Of a stretch of DNA of 64,000 nucleotides, positions 48,585-58,923 are shown piece after piece. The number at the start of each line of letters is the position of its first letter. Positions within the stretch are counted from its first letter, which is position 1. A model generated the notes under the pieces. It was not told the DNA's origin, ran no database searches, and saw only the letters and a list, made by a program, of their open reading frames with translations. The translations under genes and the position numbers were made by a program. The stretch is from an uncultured virus (IMG/VR IMGVR_UViG_3300023105_000006). Lineage: Duplodnaviria > Heunggongvirae > Uroviricota > Caudoviricetes. The stretch lies in IMG/VR virus record IMGVR_UViG_3300023105_000006, one strand, 5' to 3'.

Positions 48585-48756
48585 CACTACAATCACATTC
48601 GGTACATGTACACTCATTACCATCAATGGTATCATGATCCAGGCATTTTATGACATCAACTTCTGACGCCTCTCGACTTGATTCAAACTTACTGCCGACA
48701 GTATTTTCTGGGCAATGACAAGAATGACCACAACTTCTACAAATTCTGTTTTCCAT
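48577..48756 (-). CDS. Cys-rich metallothionein-like small protein, 59 aa (not in ORF track)
   Basis: AGGAG RBS; MENRICRSCGHSCHCPE...KCLDHD...ECTCTECDCSDE*, nine Cys; overlaps the gp16 start. Confidence 0.7.
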   Translation of the reverse strand: MENRICRSCGHSCHCPENTVGSKFESSREASEVDVIKCLDHDTIDGNECTCTECDCSDE

Positions 48757-48764
48757 AATAGCTC

Positions 48765-49553
48765 CTATGTACTATCAAAATCAAAAATATAGCTATAATC
48801 CGATGAATCGGTAAATCCAAAATCAGAATCAGCACTTACATCAAACGGATTAGGTCTTACCCTTATTTTACCAATTTGGCGATCAGAATCATCTCCGGTT
48901 TGGATTTCATAAAGATTAGACAGAGATGTTTTAATAACACCAGTCTCATTAATTGGACCATAAAAGTTTACTCTCATATCAAATGTTAAAGTATATATGA
49001 TGGTTCTTCTTTGCTCTAACGGTGCTTCATAGTCGTCCGTAAAGTCAACACTGTTAAGAGCAATTGGAATATCTTCTTTTACATTTGGAAAATCAGCAAA
49101 GGGTTTCATAGTCAAATTATATTGGGGATTAAAGTATGGTAATATTTGTTCCACTACTTGTAATGCATCATCTTGGTTCTTGGCATATACACTTAACTGA
49201 AAAGTAAGATTATATGGTACAAAACTATAGAATTTATTTCTTAAATCTGCGGCTGAACCGGTTTGAGTAAAAGTATTTGTTTTTTGTAACTGTCTACCCT
49301 GGTCATATGCTATTGAAATAATTTCAAAAGACATGCGAGGTAATTTTACTGCAATTTTAGTATTGTTTACTAAATCGGGATTTTCTCTAATTCTATCTAA
49401 GAATGCTTTCTTAGGGGCATATGACAAAGGAACCTTTACCTGACTTATAACCTCACCAGAGCTGTTCTTACGCAATACATATATGTTGTTAAACAACGTT
49501 CCAAACGCAGCCACAGCTTTTCTAAACTTTTGATGATAAAAGTAAGTAAACAT
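48765..49553 (-). CDS. gp15: Tail sheath stabiliser/completion protein
   Basis: YFYH, FGTLFNNI, VPLSYAP, LPRMSFE, EQILPYF. Confidence 0.92.
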   Translation of the reverse strand: MFTYFYHQKFRKAVAAFGTLFNNIYVLRKNSSGEVISQVKVPLSYAPKKAFLDRIRENPDLVNNTKIAVKLPRMSFEIISIAYDQGRQLQKTNTFTQTGSAADLRNKFYSFVPYNLTFQLSVYAKNQDDALQVVEQILPYFNPQYNLTMKPFADFPNVKEDIPIALNSVDFTDDYEAPLEQRRTIIYTLTFDMRVNFYGPINETGVIKTSLSNLYEIQTGDDSDRQIGKIRVRPNPFDVSADSDFGFTDSSDYSYIFDFDST

Positions 49554-49555
49554 AA

Positions 49556-49828
49556 TTAACCTTTATATATTGACTGCAGATGAGTTTCGAATTGTTCTAC
49601 TTTTTCCAATCTATTGGGCCAAAGAATATATTCTTTTTCGGGATTCTTTTTTAAATTGTTTAATAGAGGAACAATAGCATTATATAATGCATCAAGTTTT
49701 TCTTGAGTAGATGATGCAGCAGCTTCAACTTCTTTAGCAGTAGCACCTAATGCTTGTACGGCTTCAAGTTCAGATTCATCTACTGCTGTAAAACCAAAAT
49801 CAAATAAATCAGTCATTAGGATCTCCAA
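49556..49828 (-). CDS. Conserved hypothetical protein
   Basis: FDFGFTAVDESEL...NPEKEYILWPNR. Confidence 0.7.
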   Translation of the reverse strand: MEILMTDLFDFGFTAVDESELEAVQALGATAKEVEAAASSTQEKLDALYNAIVPLLNNLKKNPEKEYILWPNRLEKVEQFETHLQSIYKG

Positions 49829-50693
49829 ATGGGTTTGATTCGCTAAAGTCTAAGAAACCACTTGAAATACTTTCGAAATCGGAATTCTGTTCATTTTCGG
49901 CAATTTGATTTACTTCACTAACCGTACTTAATCTTATTGAACCATTAGATCCTACAACCAATTTACCCGGAACAAATGTGTGGAATTTACCATCATTAGC
50001 TCCTACATGTGTTACATTAAGTGTTTTGGTAAGATCTAACCATTCACTTACCTCACCAGATATAATAACGCCATCGTCAAGTGTCATAGATATATTTTCA
50101 CCCACTGTAAAGAAGTTTGCTCCTGTACCTGCTGAATCTAAATATAATGAATATGTATATGCATATTCTTTTTCTAAATCATCAATGTTAGTGACACCGG
50201 TATCCATATCCTCATCATTATATTCAAACAGCTCACAGCGTAATTTAAATGTTGGAAGATTTGACAATTGATAAAATGGTTGTTCGTGTTCAACGTGCAT
50301 AATTTCAAATAAAGAATTTGACAATGGTAGATATATTAAATCACCTTCTCTTGGTCTTGGTTGTGTAATATCATTGTCATATCTTTTTACAGTTTGTGTC
50401 CATCTTTTTCTTGCAACCACAAAACTGGCCTGATCTCTTATCTGCACACCAAACTTAGTAAAAAGATCCCCCTCACCATCAAAACCTTCTATGTTTTCAA
50501 TATACATTTCTAGTTTATATGCAGATCCAAATCTTGATGGCACATCATCACCGAACACACGATCTTCATTTACTATTTCTCTTGGTAAATAGTAAACATC
50601 TTGACCATACATTTGCAGGGATTCAATTACTATATCTTCATATAATAATTGTTCAGATTGAACTTTTTGACTAAAGTAATAATTGGTTGCCAT
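49809..50693 (-). CDS. gp14: Neck protein
   Basis: YGQDVYYLPR, FTKFG, RPREGDLIY, PFYQL, FSESNPFG. Confidence 0.92.
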   Translation of the reverse strand: MATNYYFSQKVQSEQLLYEDIVIESLQMYGQDVYYLPREIVNEDRVFGDDVPSRFGSAYKLEMYIENIEGFDGEGDLFTKFGVQIRDQASFVVARKRWTQTVKRYDNDITQPRPREGDLIYLPLSNSLFEIMHVEHEQPFYQLSNLPTFKLRCELFEYNDEDMDTGVTNIDDLEKEYAYTYSLYLDSAGTGANFFTVGENISMTLDDGVIISGEVSEWLDLTKTLNVTHVGANDGKFHTFVPGKLVVGSNGSIRLSTVSEVNQIAENEQNSDFESISSGFLDFSESNPFGDPND

Positions 50694-50694
50694 A

Positions 50695-51444
50695 TTAACC
50701 TACATAAAAGTCTGGTGGTAATTCGAAATCAGTTCTGATTCTTTCTCTTAACACATTAATTTCATTAGTGGCCTCTTCAAAAATTCTGGCACCATTTAAC
50801 ATTACACCACCAGGTAATTGCATACCTTCAAATTTAGAAAGGTTTGCACCCCATTGTTGTTTAATTAAAGCGGTTGCATATTCTTTTAGCCACAAATCAT
50901 CCCACAGTGATGTATGTGCAGTTTCATCAATATATGTGTAGGCTTCATATACTAGATAGTCACCCTCTTTAATATCACCATCAACAAAGTCGCCATGAAT
51001 ATAAAGTCTGCCCATGCGTCTTATAAAATCAACCTGTGGAGTACCAGCCAATTTCATATCTAATAAAGACAGGTATTGTTGAATTTGTTCGTAATATGCA
51101 AGGTCACCAATAAATGTATACATGTCAGTAATATCATTTAACATCATTTGATATTTGATGTCAAACATATTTCTGGTAATTAGATTTTCATTTGTTTTAA
51201 AAAGTTTTGTAACATGGATTACATTTGAACCAACTGGTATATAACCATTATCTACGTCAGTAGAAGTAACCTCGTGTGAAACATAACCTCTATATGTAGC
51301 ATCTGAATGATATTCTCTCCAGTATTCAACCGCCTCGTCAACTCTATCAGAAACCTGATCATCATCCACATTTATTTCAATCACAGGATCGCCTAGTTTT
51401 CTTTTACACCATTCAATTAATTGATCTTTGGATGCTACAGACAT
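50695..51444 (-). CDS. gp13: Neck protein
   Basis: LGDPVIEINV, WLKEYATALIKQQWGANLSKF, LPGGV. Confidence 0.93.
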   Translation of the reverse strand: MSVASKDQLIEWCKRKLGDPVIEINVDDDQVSDRVDEAVEYWREYHSDATYRGYVSHEVTSTDVDNGYIPVGSNVIHVTKLFKTNENLITRNMFDIKYQMMLNDITDMYTFIGDLAYYEQIQQYLSLLDMKLAGTPQVDFIRRMGRLYIHGDFVDGDIKEGDYLVYEAYTYIDETAHTSLWDDLWLKEYATALIKQQWGANLSKFEGMQLPGGVMLNGARIFEEATNEINVLRERIRTDFELPPDFYVG

Positions 51445-51472
51445 ATGTCTTCCTCGTAATAGATAATGTATG

Positions 51473-51480
51473 TATTTATA
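51473..51480 (-). promoter_or_regulatory. T4-type late promoter TATAAATA
   Basis: Exact consensus upstream of gp13. Confidence 0.7.
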
Positions 51481-54117
51481 CTATTTTTTTTCTTCATCTG
51501 TTGGAATAAACACTGATTCACCATGATGATGACATATTACTCCACCATCCGCCCAGATTTGCCAATTGAGTTTTTTAGCTTTATTACAGAAGTACACATC
51601 CTCAGAAATTGTATTCATATGATTAATTGCCGATTGATAATAAAAATGAGGATACTCAATGGTTTTTAATACATGTCTTTTTATTAAAACACAACCCATT
51701 CCACATGCAGAAACCCTAAAAACCTTGTTTTTTAATTCTTCTGTCCAAATAATATTCTCCTGACCCTTACCAGTATCATGATACAATTCAGTAATATTAT
51801 GTGGTTCTTTTCTCTGAACATATACTCCTGAAACAATGTCTTTATCATGACTTAAAAGTCTGATCAAAGCACCCTCATCAAAAGAAATATCGCTATCTAT
51901 AAACCACAAATAATCATAATTCTTACCCCACTCAACGGCAAGGTTTCTAACCTGATCAACCATATAGCCAAAAAAGTATTCAAAATGTAATTTAACATTT
52001 TGAGGTTTCTTTACATCATAAATTGATTTAAATGTTTCTGGAGAAATATACTTATTTGTTGGCACCGCTATAAGAATATTAATCTCAGGCAACTCTTCAA
52101 TTTTTTTATAAAGTAAATGAGGAGCATGTTTTTCTTCAGATGTTTCATAAGATGTATCAGCGTTTTGATTTTGTTCCATTGGGTTTACCTTATAATCATT
52201 TAGTGGGTTAATGTCGTTATAAAAACATGTTATTTCTTTAACAGCTTTTATTTTATCTGAATCTACTTTTTCTATAAGTTCATAAAATAAAGGATTGTCC
52301 ATGCCACTCATTAACCACTTTCCATCTTTTTTATAATTACTATAGTTAAGATCCTTACAGTGAATACCTTTAAAGGTTCTTAAATGAGTGTATGGTATTT
52401 TCCAATTAAATAAATGCTCTCTATATGTTTTATTAAGTTTAACATCTGTAGGATAATCTTGTGCAATAAGAGGTATGCTATCCGCCATACTCCAACAGGA
52501 GCCATAAGTAAATTCTATTCCATCATTATATAATTGATTATAGTAATGGAATATAGTATTATTACTTACTAAAAAATCATCACCGTCAAGAAGTATTACA
52601 ATGTCATCCTCCTCAACCCATCGATGAAAAGCATTCATTTGATTTCTAATACAGCCTAGCCTTTGGGGATTTTGAACAAATATTCTTTTTTTATTTTCGG
52701 GTAATTCAGGTATTACATCATCAGACGCATCGTCTATCAATATATGTAGATAATTATCGTAATCTTGTTGATCAATAGATTCACAATGTGCAAGTAAATA
52801 ATCACTAGCGTTCCAAAACGGTGATATAATTACAATTCTTTTTTGATCACCATAACTTTTATAGACTTGCCTTTCAACTTCATTATCAAATCTTCTGCCG
52901 TAAACCCTCTTGACTTTATCATTAATTTGTTGTACCTTACGATAGTCATCTACCGGTAGATACTTTTCTAATTTAAAATAAAACTGCTGCTTCCACTGTA
53001 GTGCTACTGTATCCCATCCATAGATATCATTAATTACATCACAATAGTTTTGTTTTTGTTGTAGAAGATAATCATCACCATATGCTTCTAACACCTTCGA
53101 AACAAAAATATCAGATTGAGCTTGGGCATCTATATGAGGAAATAAACTATTAGGCACAGAAGCATAATTAGTTTTATAACACGCCAAGTCAATTGCTGTT
53201 TCTTCAAGAGCACCAAACCTAGATGTAATGATAGGTGTTTTATATAAAAGAGATTCTAATGAGGATATACCGAACGTCTCGGGAAAGTCTGTTGGATATA
53301 TCATATAAGTAGCATTTGCTAATATATCGGCTATTTGGTTTTGAGGTATTACGTTAGTAAATGTTACATTAAGATCTTCTGATATTGATTCTTCAAAGGC
53401 GTGTAAGTCTTTTTCTTGGGCGTCTGGTTCGGCTCCTTCTCTAAATCTATAGTATCCACCAATAACAGTTAAATGAGCATTCGGTATTTGTTCTTTTACC
53501 TTTGGCCAAATATCATTGAGAAGTGGTTTAAGACCTTTTGTAACTGACGCATTGTATACAAAATGATTTTTGTCTTTTTTAGAAAGATTAATTTCATCAA
53601 TATACTTTACGGCTCCATTACGTGTCTGAAATATTTTATGTTTTAATACTTCAAAATTTCTCTTGCTTCCATGATCACAATTAAGTACATATGTAGAATG
53701 AAAATCAGATAGAGTAAACAATTCATCAATAATACCTTGATTAATCATATCCTCAATATGTTGATCACCTTCACAAAAAGTATCATGCATCCATACAACT
53801 TTATGTGTTGCATTTGCACACATTGTACCGTATTGATTATTTGCAAAGAAAGGATAAACAGATCTTGAAGATATTACAATATCAAATACTTCATTAGTAT
53901 CCGCTTGTGTATGGTCAATAAATTTTACATTATCGTATATACCAGGAGTAGCTTGACTGTCAAGGCAATTATTAAATACGGTTACATTAAATCCAATCTT
54001 AGCCAATTCTTTTGACATAAGAATAACAGCAGATTCAGATCCACCCAAACCTCTACTGTTTAATGTATCACCATCATATGTTAGACCTAGTAAGTCTATT
54101 ATCGCTATTTTTATCAT
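51481..54117 (-). CDS. Three-domain glycosyltransferase (GT-B + GT-A + GT-A)
   Basis: GLGGSE...WMHD...ETFGISSLE (GT4-like); ISPFWN...LLDGDD (GT2-like); WFIDSD...CGMGCVLI...SEDVYFC (second GT-A). Confidence 0.88.
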   Translation of the reverse strand: MIKIAIIDLLGLTYDGDTLNSRGLGGSESAVILMSKELAKIGFNVTVFNNCLDSQATPGIYDNVKFIDHTQADTNEVFDIVISSRSVYPFFANNQYGTMCANATHKVVWMHDTFCEGDQHIEDMINQGIIDELFTLSDFHSTYVLNCDHGSKRNFEVLKHKIFQTRNGAVKYIDEINLSKKDKNHFVYNASVTKGLKPLLNDIWPKVKEQIPNAHLTVIGGYYRFREGAEPDAQEKDLHAFEESISEDLNVTFTNVIPQNQIADILANATYMIYPTDFPETFGISSLESLLYKTPIITSRFGALEETAIDLACYKTNYASVPNSLFPHIDAQAQSDIFVSKVLEAYGDDYLLQQKQNYCDVINDIYGWDTVALQWKQQFYFKLEKYLPVDDYRKVQQINDKVKRVYGRRFDNEVERQVYKSYGDQKRIVIISPFWNASDYLLAHCESIDQQDYDNYLHILIDDASDDVIPELPENKKRIFVQNPQRLGCIRNQMNAFHRWVEEDDIVILLDGDDFLVSNNTIFHYYNQLYNDGIEFTYGSCWSMADSIPLIAQDYPTDVKLNKTYREHLFNWKIPYTHLRTFKGIHCKDLNYSNYKKDGKWLMSGMDNPLFYELIEKVDSDKIKAVKEITCFYNDINPLNDYKVNPMEQNQNADTSYETSEEKHAPHLLYKKIEELPEINILIAVPTNKYISPETFKSIYDVKKPQNVKLHFEYFFGYMVDQVRNLAVEWGKNYDYLWFIDSDISFDEGALIRLLSHDKDIVSGVYVQRKEPHNITELYHDTGKGQENIIWTEELKNKVFRVSACGMGCVLIKRHVLKTIEYPHFYYQSAINHMNTISEDVYFCNKAKKLNWQIWADGGVICHHHGESVFIPTDEEKK

Positions 54118-54140
54118 AATATACCTATAATAAATTTATA

Positions 54141-55256
54141 TTATATATCTCCAGTCAAAGTGGCTGGGTACCCCCGACCCGCACCCCAGATGATCCTTAC
54201 AACACCCTGTGCGCCAGATCCGTGCTCTCCATAAGTATTGTCTGCACTTGCACCACCACCACCATAATCACCACCTTTATTTATATAAGTCGACGACCCT
54301 TGATATAGTCCACCGCCACGACCTCCATCTTCACCTCCAGAGCCTCCATATCCATTGGCGGCATTACCGCTACCACCTGCGCCACCACTGCCACTAGATC
54401 CTTCACCAAAAATTCCTACACCACCACCATTTCCACCAGCATCAAAAGATCCACATGCACCGCCACCTCCTCCGCCACCACCAGATCCAGACAATCCAGC
54501 GCCATAATACTGATTTTGTGTCTGTCCACCACCACGGCCACCAGCACCTGAGTAACCAGCGGCGCCACCACCACCACCAGCATAAGCATAACCATATCCA
54601 CCTCGGCCCCCAGAATAGCCCGCTTGTGTAACACCAGCAGTGTTTAAAGTGGCATTCGACCCAATGCTTGGTAAACTTGCATTACCTCCTTGTGCATAAG
54701 TATCATTAGCACTGTTTGTTCGTCTTGGATTAGGTGCTCCTCCAGCTTGCCAAAATACACTTTGACCTCCCCATGTACCGGTAATTCGTGAAAAATGATT
54801 TACTTGATATCCACCATATGGTGTGGGTATACCAGAAGTTTTCGGAGCCTCTGACGCAACTGTTATTTCAAGGGTGCCATCATCCGTCATAGGAACATTA
54901 TTTACCCAAACCAAAGATCCACCACCTGCTCCAGGGGCATAAGAAGATGTTCCCATACCAGATCCACCAGCCCCCACTAAAAGAAAACACATATACGATA
55001 CATTTACTGCACCGGGAATAGACCATGAAGTAGTACCTGGTGTTGTAAAATTCTGCTGACCGCCAAGAGAATTTGAATAAGAAGCTGAAATATCACCCTG
55101 CATCCACTCTTCTTGATCAACGGTTGAGTTTATTGATCCTACAGCACTTCTGCGAAAGTAAACGGCCTCATCATAATAGATTGAATTGACGCCACCTTGT
55201 GTTACGCCCTGAACACTTAAAAATGCATTTAAATTATGATTTCTTGCAATTTTCAT
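54141..55256 (-). CDS. Glycine-rich virion/tail-associated protein
   Basis: FTTPGTTSW..P, VGAGGSG, long GGGG tracts, GAQGVVRIIW end. Confidence 0.75.
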   Translation of the reverse strand: MKIARNHNLNAFLSVQGVTQGGVNSIYYDEAVYFRRSAVGSINSTVDQEEWMQGDISASYSNSLGGQQNFTTPGTTSWSIPGAVNVSYMCFLLVGAGGSGMGTSSYAPGAGGGSLVWVNNVPMTDDGTLEITVASEAPKTSGIPTPYGGYQVNHFSRITGTWGGQSVFWQAGGAPNPRRTNSANDTYAQGGNASLPSIGSNATLNTAGVTQAGYSGGRGGYGYAYAGGGGGAAGYSGAGGRGGGQTQNQYYGAGLSGSGGGGGGGGACGSFDAGGNGGGVGIFGEGSSGSGGAGGSGNAANGYGGSGGEDGGRGGGLYQGSSTYINKGGDYGGGGASADNTYGEHGSGAQGVVRIIWGAGRGYPATLTGDI

Positions 55257-55264
55257 TTTTTTAC

Positions 55265-56071
55265 CTATGCAACTAGAATTTCAAAATATGGCCGGGTGGT
55301 GTTTTGGGATGACCCCGTATTAGTAACCAAATAAGTACCAGAACCATCAGTCCACGAATAATAAAGAGTACCCGCGGTGGTTGCTGTATACACAAGAGGA
55401 CCATTGCTAGTCCAGTTGGTAGGGCATTGACCCCATGCAAAAATTATACAAAGAGCGTCGTTCCCATTATAATTAAAGTTTGTATCTAATGCAATTCTTT
55501 TTTGACCAGTTGCTGTTATAGCTAAACTATGTTGTGCTTTTACCGTTGTAAAATCTGTACGGTTTGTATCAAACGCACTTGATGTGTGTCCACCGTTTGG
55601 CAAATGGGCCATTGCCACAGCGTAGTTGGGTAGGGGACTATAGGAAGCACTAACACCTCTACTTTGATAAAAACCTATACCTGAAATTGTACATCCTTGA
55701 GCAGATTGTGCAATCGCAGCTTGAATTGTTGCTGCGGGAATAACATATCCTAAAAGGGATCTTCTATAGTAAATACCAACTGGTTGCGGGGTAGTGTTAC
55801 CTGAATTAGTAGTTGAGCTACCTAGAATACCATCATAGTATCCCGGAGTAGGACCAAGTCCAGTTTTACCAGCTGACCATCCTCTAAATACATCAGTCTC
55901 GTTATTATTTGATTCCTGGCTAAAAATCGCGGCAAAGTCATATACTCCTGGATGTTCAGCCCCAGCATGATATGCCGGTATATCCTGACCGTGACCTGAA
56001 ACTGTACCTTGCACACCAGGGTGATATACTTTTCCACCTCTACTTGTTAAAAAAGTCATTAGAACGTCCAA
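55265..56071 (-). CDS. Beta-rich virion-associated hypothetical protein
   Basis: S/T/G/Y-rich; in the fibre operon. Confidence 0.6.
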   Translation of the reverse strand: MDVLMTFLTSRGGKVYHPGVQGTVSGHGQDIPAYHAGAEHPGVYDFAAIFSQESNNNETDVFRGWSAGKTGLGPTPGYYDGILGSSTTNSGNTTPQPVGIYYRRSLLGYVIPAATIQAAIAQSAQGCTISGIGFYQSRGVSASYSPLPNYAVAMAHLPNGGHTSSAFDTNRTDFTTVKAQHSLAITATGQKRIALDTNFNYNGNDALCIIFAWGQCPTNWTSNGPLVYTATTAGTLYYSWTDGSGTYLVTNTGSSQNTTRPYFEILVA

Positions 56072-56574
56072 TCCCCGTTATAAGTAATATTAGAGCTAGC
56101 TAAACATTCAACATAAGAAAAAACATAACTAAAAACTCTACCAGAAACTTCATGATGCATTGCAAATTTTATATAATTATTTGGTCCACTAAGAAAAAAT
56201 GCATTCTCCCTTGATATTAAGGTTCTCATTAAACTACTGTTATCTTGATATGTATGTACACTTCTACTATAGAGTGCAGAGACCTGAGAGTTATACGTTT
56301 GATCATTTCCATAATCGAAAATCATATCATATCCACCTCCACCTGAACCATAGTTAGAGCCTTGACCCATGCGTAAAAATATTCTTGGGTGAAGAGTAAC
56401 AGGTGCTTCGCTCGTATTAAGTTCATTTGTGCCAATAGCGAAATGTGTTACAAAATAAAAAGGATTTGATGCAGTACCATCCGTGGTTATCAAGTTCACA
56501 TAGCTGCGGCCTTGGGCAAACCCCTGAGCAGTTATTTTACCATATTTTGTAATTGGTTTCCAAGTTAAAGCCAT
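56059..56574 (-). CDS. Fibre-associated paralogue 6
   Basis: TLISRENAFFL variant of the shared motif. Confidence 0.65.
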   Translation of the reverse strand: MALTWKPITKYGKITAQGFAQGRSYVNLITTDGTASNPFYFVTHFAIGTNELNTSEAPVTLHPRIFLRMGQGSNYGSGGGGYDMIFDYGNDQTYNSQVSALYSRSVHTYQDNSSLMRTLISRENAFFLSGPNNYIKFAMHHEVSGRVFSYVFSYVECLASSNITYNGDWTF

Positions 56575-56584
56575 TGTATTTCCA

Positions 56585-56959
56585 TTATTCTATAAAAATG
56601 TAACTGGTATAATATGGTACATAACCACTAGTAGTATAGGCCCAGAGTTCATTTGACGTATTATTACCACCAATCCATAAAGGGTTATTAAAACTAAAGG
56701 GTGTAAATGTTTCGTATGGGAGTAGCTCTTGATTATAAATCAAATAACGCGTTGTTCCCCCAATTTTTGTATATATGTATATGTATTCCGTTGTATTAGA
56801 TTGATAAGTGTTGGCAAAGGTCAAATTTATAATACCATCAACCCAATCAACAACACCTGTATTAGCCGCATTAAATATACGTTGGTGAGCACCATTAGTA
56901 ATAGCGCCAATATAATATCCAAAATTCCAATCAGTAACCTGATTTATATATTGTGTCAT
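56585..56959 (-). CDS. Fibre-associated paralogue 5
   Basis: LTFAN...YLIYNQELLPYETFTPFSFNNPLWI. Confidence 0.65.
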   Translation of the reverse strand: MTQYINQVTDWNFGYYIGAITNGAHQRIFNAANTGVVDWVDGIINLTFANTYQSNTTEYIYIYTKIGGTTRYLIYNQELLPYETFTPFSFNNPLWIGGNNTSNELWAYTTSGYVPYYTSYIFIE

Positions 56960-56969
56960 AAAAATATCC

Positions 56970-57611
56970 TTATGTATATTTATGAAATACTATACCGTTC
57001 CACATTACAACCCCATAAGCCGTACCAGATATACGACTACTCCAACTGCCAGTTGGTGTATAAAACTTTGCTATAACTCTCGTGTTTACAGATGCCAAAG
57101 AACCTGCATTCGGATCAGTCGCACTCATGGAGTGTCGTGATGGTAAAACCCAAACAGGCGCTTCATTAGTCCAAAGTTGAGTTGGGCTTTGCTTATCATA
57201 ACTTGTTGGCCATTGAAGTGCAAATCGTGGTTCGGAAATTTGATAAATTGATGATGAAGAAATACCCCATTCTATATCAATCTTCACCCATGGGGGATAT
57301 GTATATAAGGACGGCGTCGATACCATGGTAGTACTGGAAGATGGAATTTCTATCCACGCGGACGCGGTTGTTATACAAACTGCCGATTCTCTGATATCAA
57401 ATGTAGCCCCTGTCTTGTTATGGTAGTCATCAGGCCAATATGGAGATGTCTGCATATCGGTTAATGTAAATAAAGAGGTATAAGCGTCTGTACTTAAACC
57501 AGTTGTTAGGTTATTAGTTCTACTAATACCACTTATCATTCTCGCGCCGGTGTATTCTGTTAAATCGGCAAACATAGGTTCCCCAGGAAAACTCATGACG
57601 GAAAACTCCAC
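56970..57611 (-). CDS. Fibre-associated paralogue 4
   Basis: TQLWTNEAPVWV motif. Confidence 0.6.
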   Translation of the reverse strand: MEFSVMSFPGEPMFADLTEYTGARMISGISRTNNLTTGLSTDAYTSLFTLTDMQTSPYWPDDYHNKTGATFDIRESAVCITTASAWIEIPSSSTTMVSTPSLYTYPPWVKIDIEWGISSSSIYQISEPRFALQWPTSYDKQSPTQLWTNEAPVWVLPSRHSMSATDPNAGSLASVNTRVIAKFYTPTGSWSSRISGTAYGVVMWNGIVFHKYT

Positions 57612-58114
57612 CCTTCATATGTAATATTAAGATCAAGGTTTGTACTATAGGTACTATTATTTGACCAGAACCCTATCCTTCTGGTCATCCACGAATCACC
57701 ATAATTAATGTTATTTGGAGCATAACCTGATCCACTGCTATTTCGGGAAAGAGGGTGCATTGGTGCAATGCTTTCCCTTGCCTGTGGATTAACTATCATT
57801 ATAGGTGCATCCTTAGTAGCAAGGTTGTATGTATTGCCCCTTGCTATTTGTAAACCATTAAATACAATTACATAATTAGAATAACTAGTGGTGTGCCCAT
57901 ACAAACACATTCCAATTGTAGGAGCTTCTGTAGTTGTTCTATTGCATATGTACATACCTATAATTCTATAAACTTGGCTGGCCGGATATATAACCCTACT
58001 TGGGTTTGTTGGACTTCCAGCAGACTGAATAGGTATTCCAACACTATACGTACGAAGTTGTACATTTCCTTCTGGAGAAGTTGCACCACCTCTATCAAAC
58101 CAACTATCAACCAT
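57593..58114 (-). CDS. Fibre-associated paralogue 3
   Basis: MYICN...FNGLQIARGNTYNLATKDAPIMI. Confidence 0.65.
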   Translation of the reverse strand: MVDSWFDRGGATSPEGNVQLRTYSVGIPIQSAGSPTNPSRVIYPASQVYRIIGMYICNRTTTEAPTIGMCLYGHTTSYSNYVIVFNGLQIARGNTYNLATKDAPIMIVNPQARESIAPMHPLSRNSSGSGYAPNNINYGDSWMTRRIGFWSNNSTYSTNLDLNITYEGWSFPS

Positions 58115-58550
58115 ACCATTCCTCCGTCCATTCTAGTTGAATGTTTTCATTACCAACTTTATATCCCATCATTCTCCAGTTATTATTTAGACCAGTGTTA
58201 GCATAGTCACTTGCTGTAGTAATATGAATAGGATTGTTTTTATTTACTAGTTGATGTACTTGTCCTCTCCAAATCTTAAGACCATTAAACCTCCAAAACT
58301 TCGCATACGGATTACTTGCATCTCCATATACACCTAGATATATTCTATTAAAAGAGTCTTGACCCGAACCATTTGTACCATCAAGCATGTAGGCTCTCAT
58401 ATTAAATATTCGTACACTTGTAAAATTAGACCCACTCCAATTAAAAATTTGTGCCTCTGCTGATGGCATGTTGGTAAAATTGTATCTAATTTTTGTTACA
58501 GTATTATCTGACCATACATTTATTGGCATTAAGAATCTGCCTCCCACCAT
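58107..58550 (-). CDS. Fibre-associated paralogue 2
   Basis: FNGLKIWRGQVHQLVNKNNPIHI. Confidence 0.65.
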   Translation of the reverse strand: MVGGRFLMPINVWSDNTVTKIRYNFTNMPSAEAQIFNWSGSNFTSVRIFNMRAYMLDGTNGSGQDSFNRIYLGVYGDASNPYAKFWRFNGLKIWRGQVHQLVNKNNPIHITTASDYANTGLNNNWRMMGYKVGNENIQLEWTEEWYG

Positions 58551-58918
58551 TCAATAGCAAATTGAAAACAATTATTAGGTTCTGAAGTCACCCATTTCAA
58601 CGCGGTGCTGTCATTACTTTGTGTGCCTGGATCTAAATACAACGGAGCCGACCTCCCACCAAGAACCAATGCGGATCCCCATGGTATCCAAAAATCATGG
58701 CATAAGTATACATTACCAGAAGAAACTCCACCTCTAGTTTGTGAAGCAACAATACTTATCTGCCGGTCCAATTGATTGGTATCAACATTGGCTATAGTAA
58801 GGTGAACTAATTTCCCAGGGGAACCATATGCAGTATCAAGTATCCAATCTGTTGCCGTAAAGTTCTTTAGCGATACCCTACTTTCCATTTCGGCATATGT
58901 ATTTTGTCCGAAGTCCAT
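58529..58918 (-). CDS. Fibre-associated paralogue 1
   Basis: LTIANVD...YLCHDFWIPWGSALVLGGRSAPLYL. Confidence 0.65.
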   Translation of the reverse strand: MDFGQNTYAEMESRVSLKNFTATDWILDTAYGSPGKLVHLTIANVDTNQLDRQISIVASQTRGGVSSGNVYLCHDFWIPWGSALVLGGRSAPLYLDPGTQSNDSTALKWVTSEPNNCFQFAIEWWEADS

Positions 58919-58923
58919 ATTAT

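Noticed and set aside
54141..58918. Diversity-generating retroelement or invertible shufflon behind the paralogue array
   Set aside because: No reverse transcriptase, recombinase, template/variable repeat pair or inverted crossover sites seen in the window.
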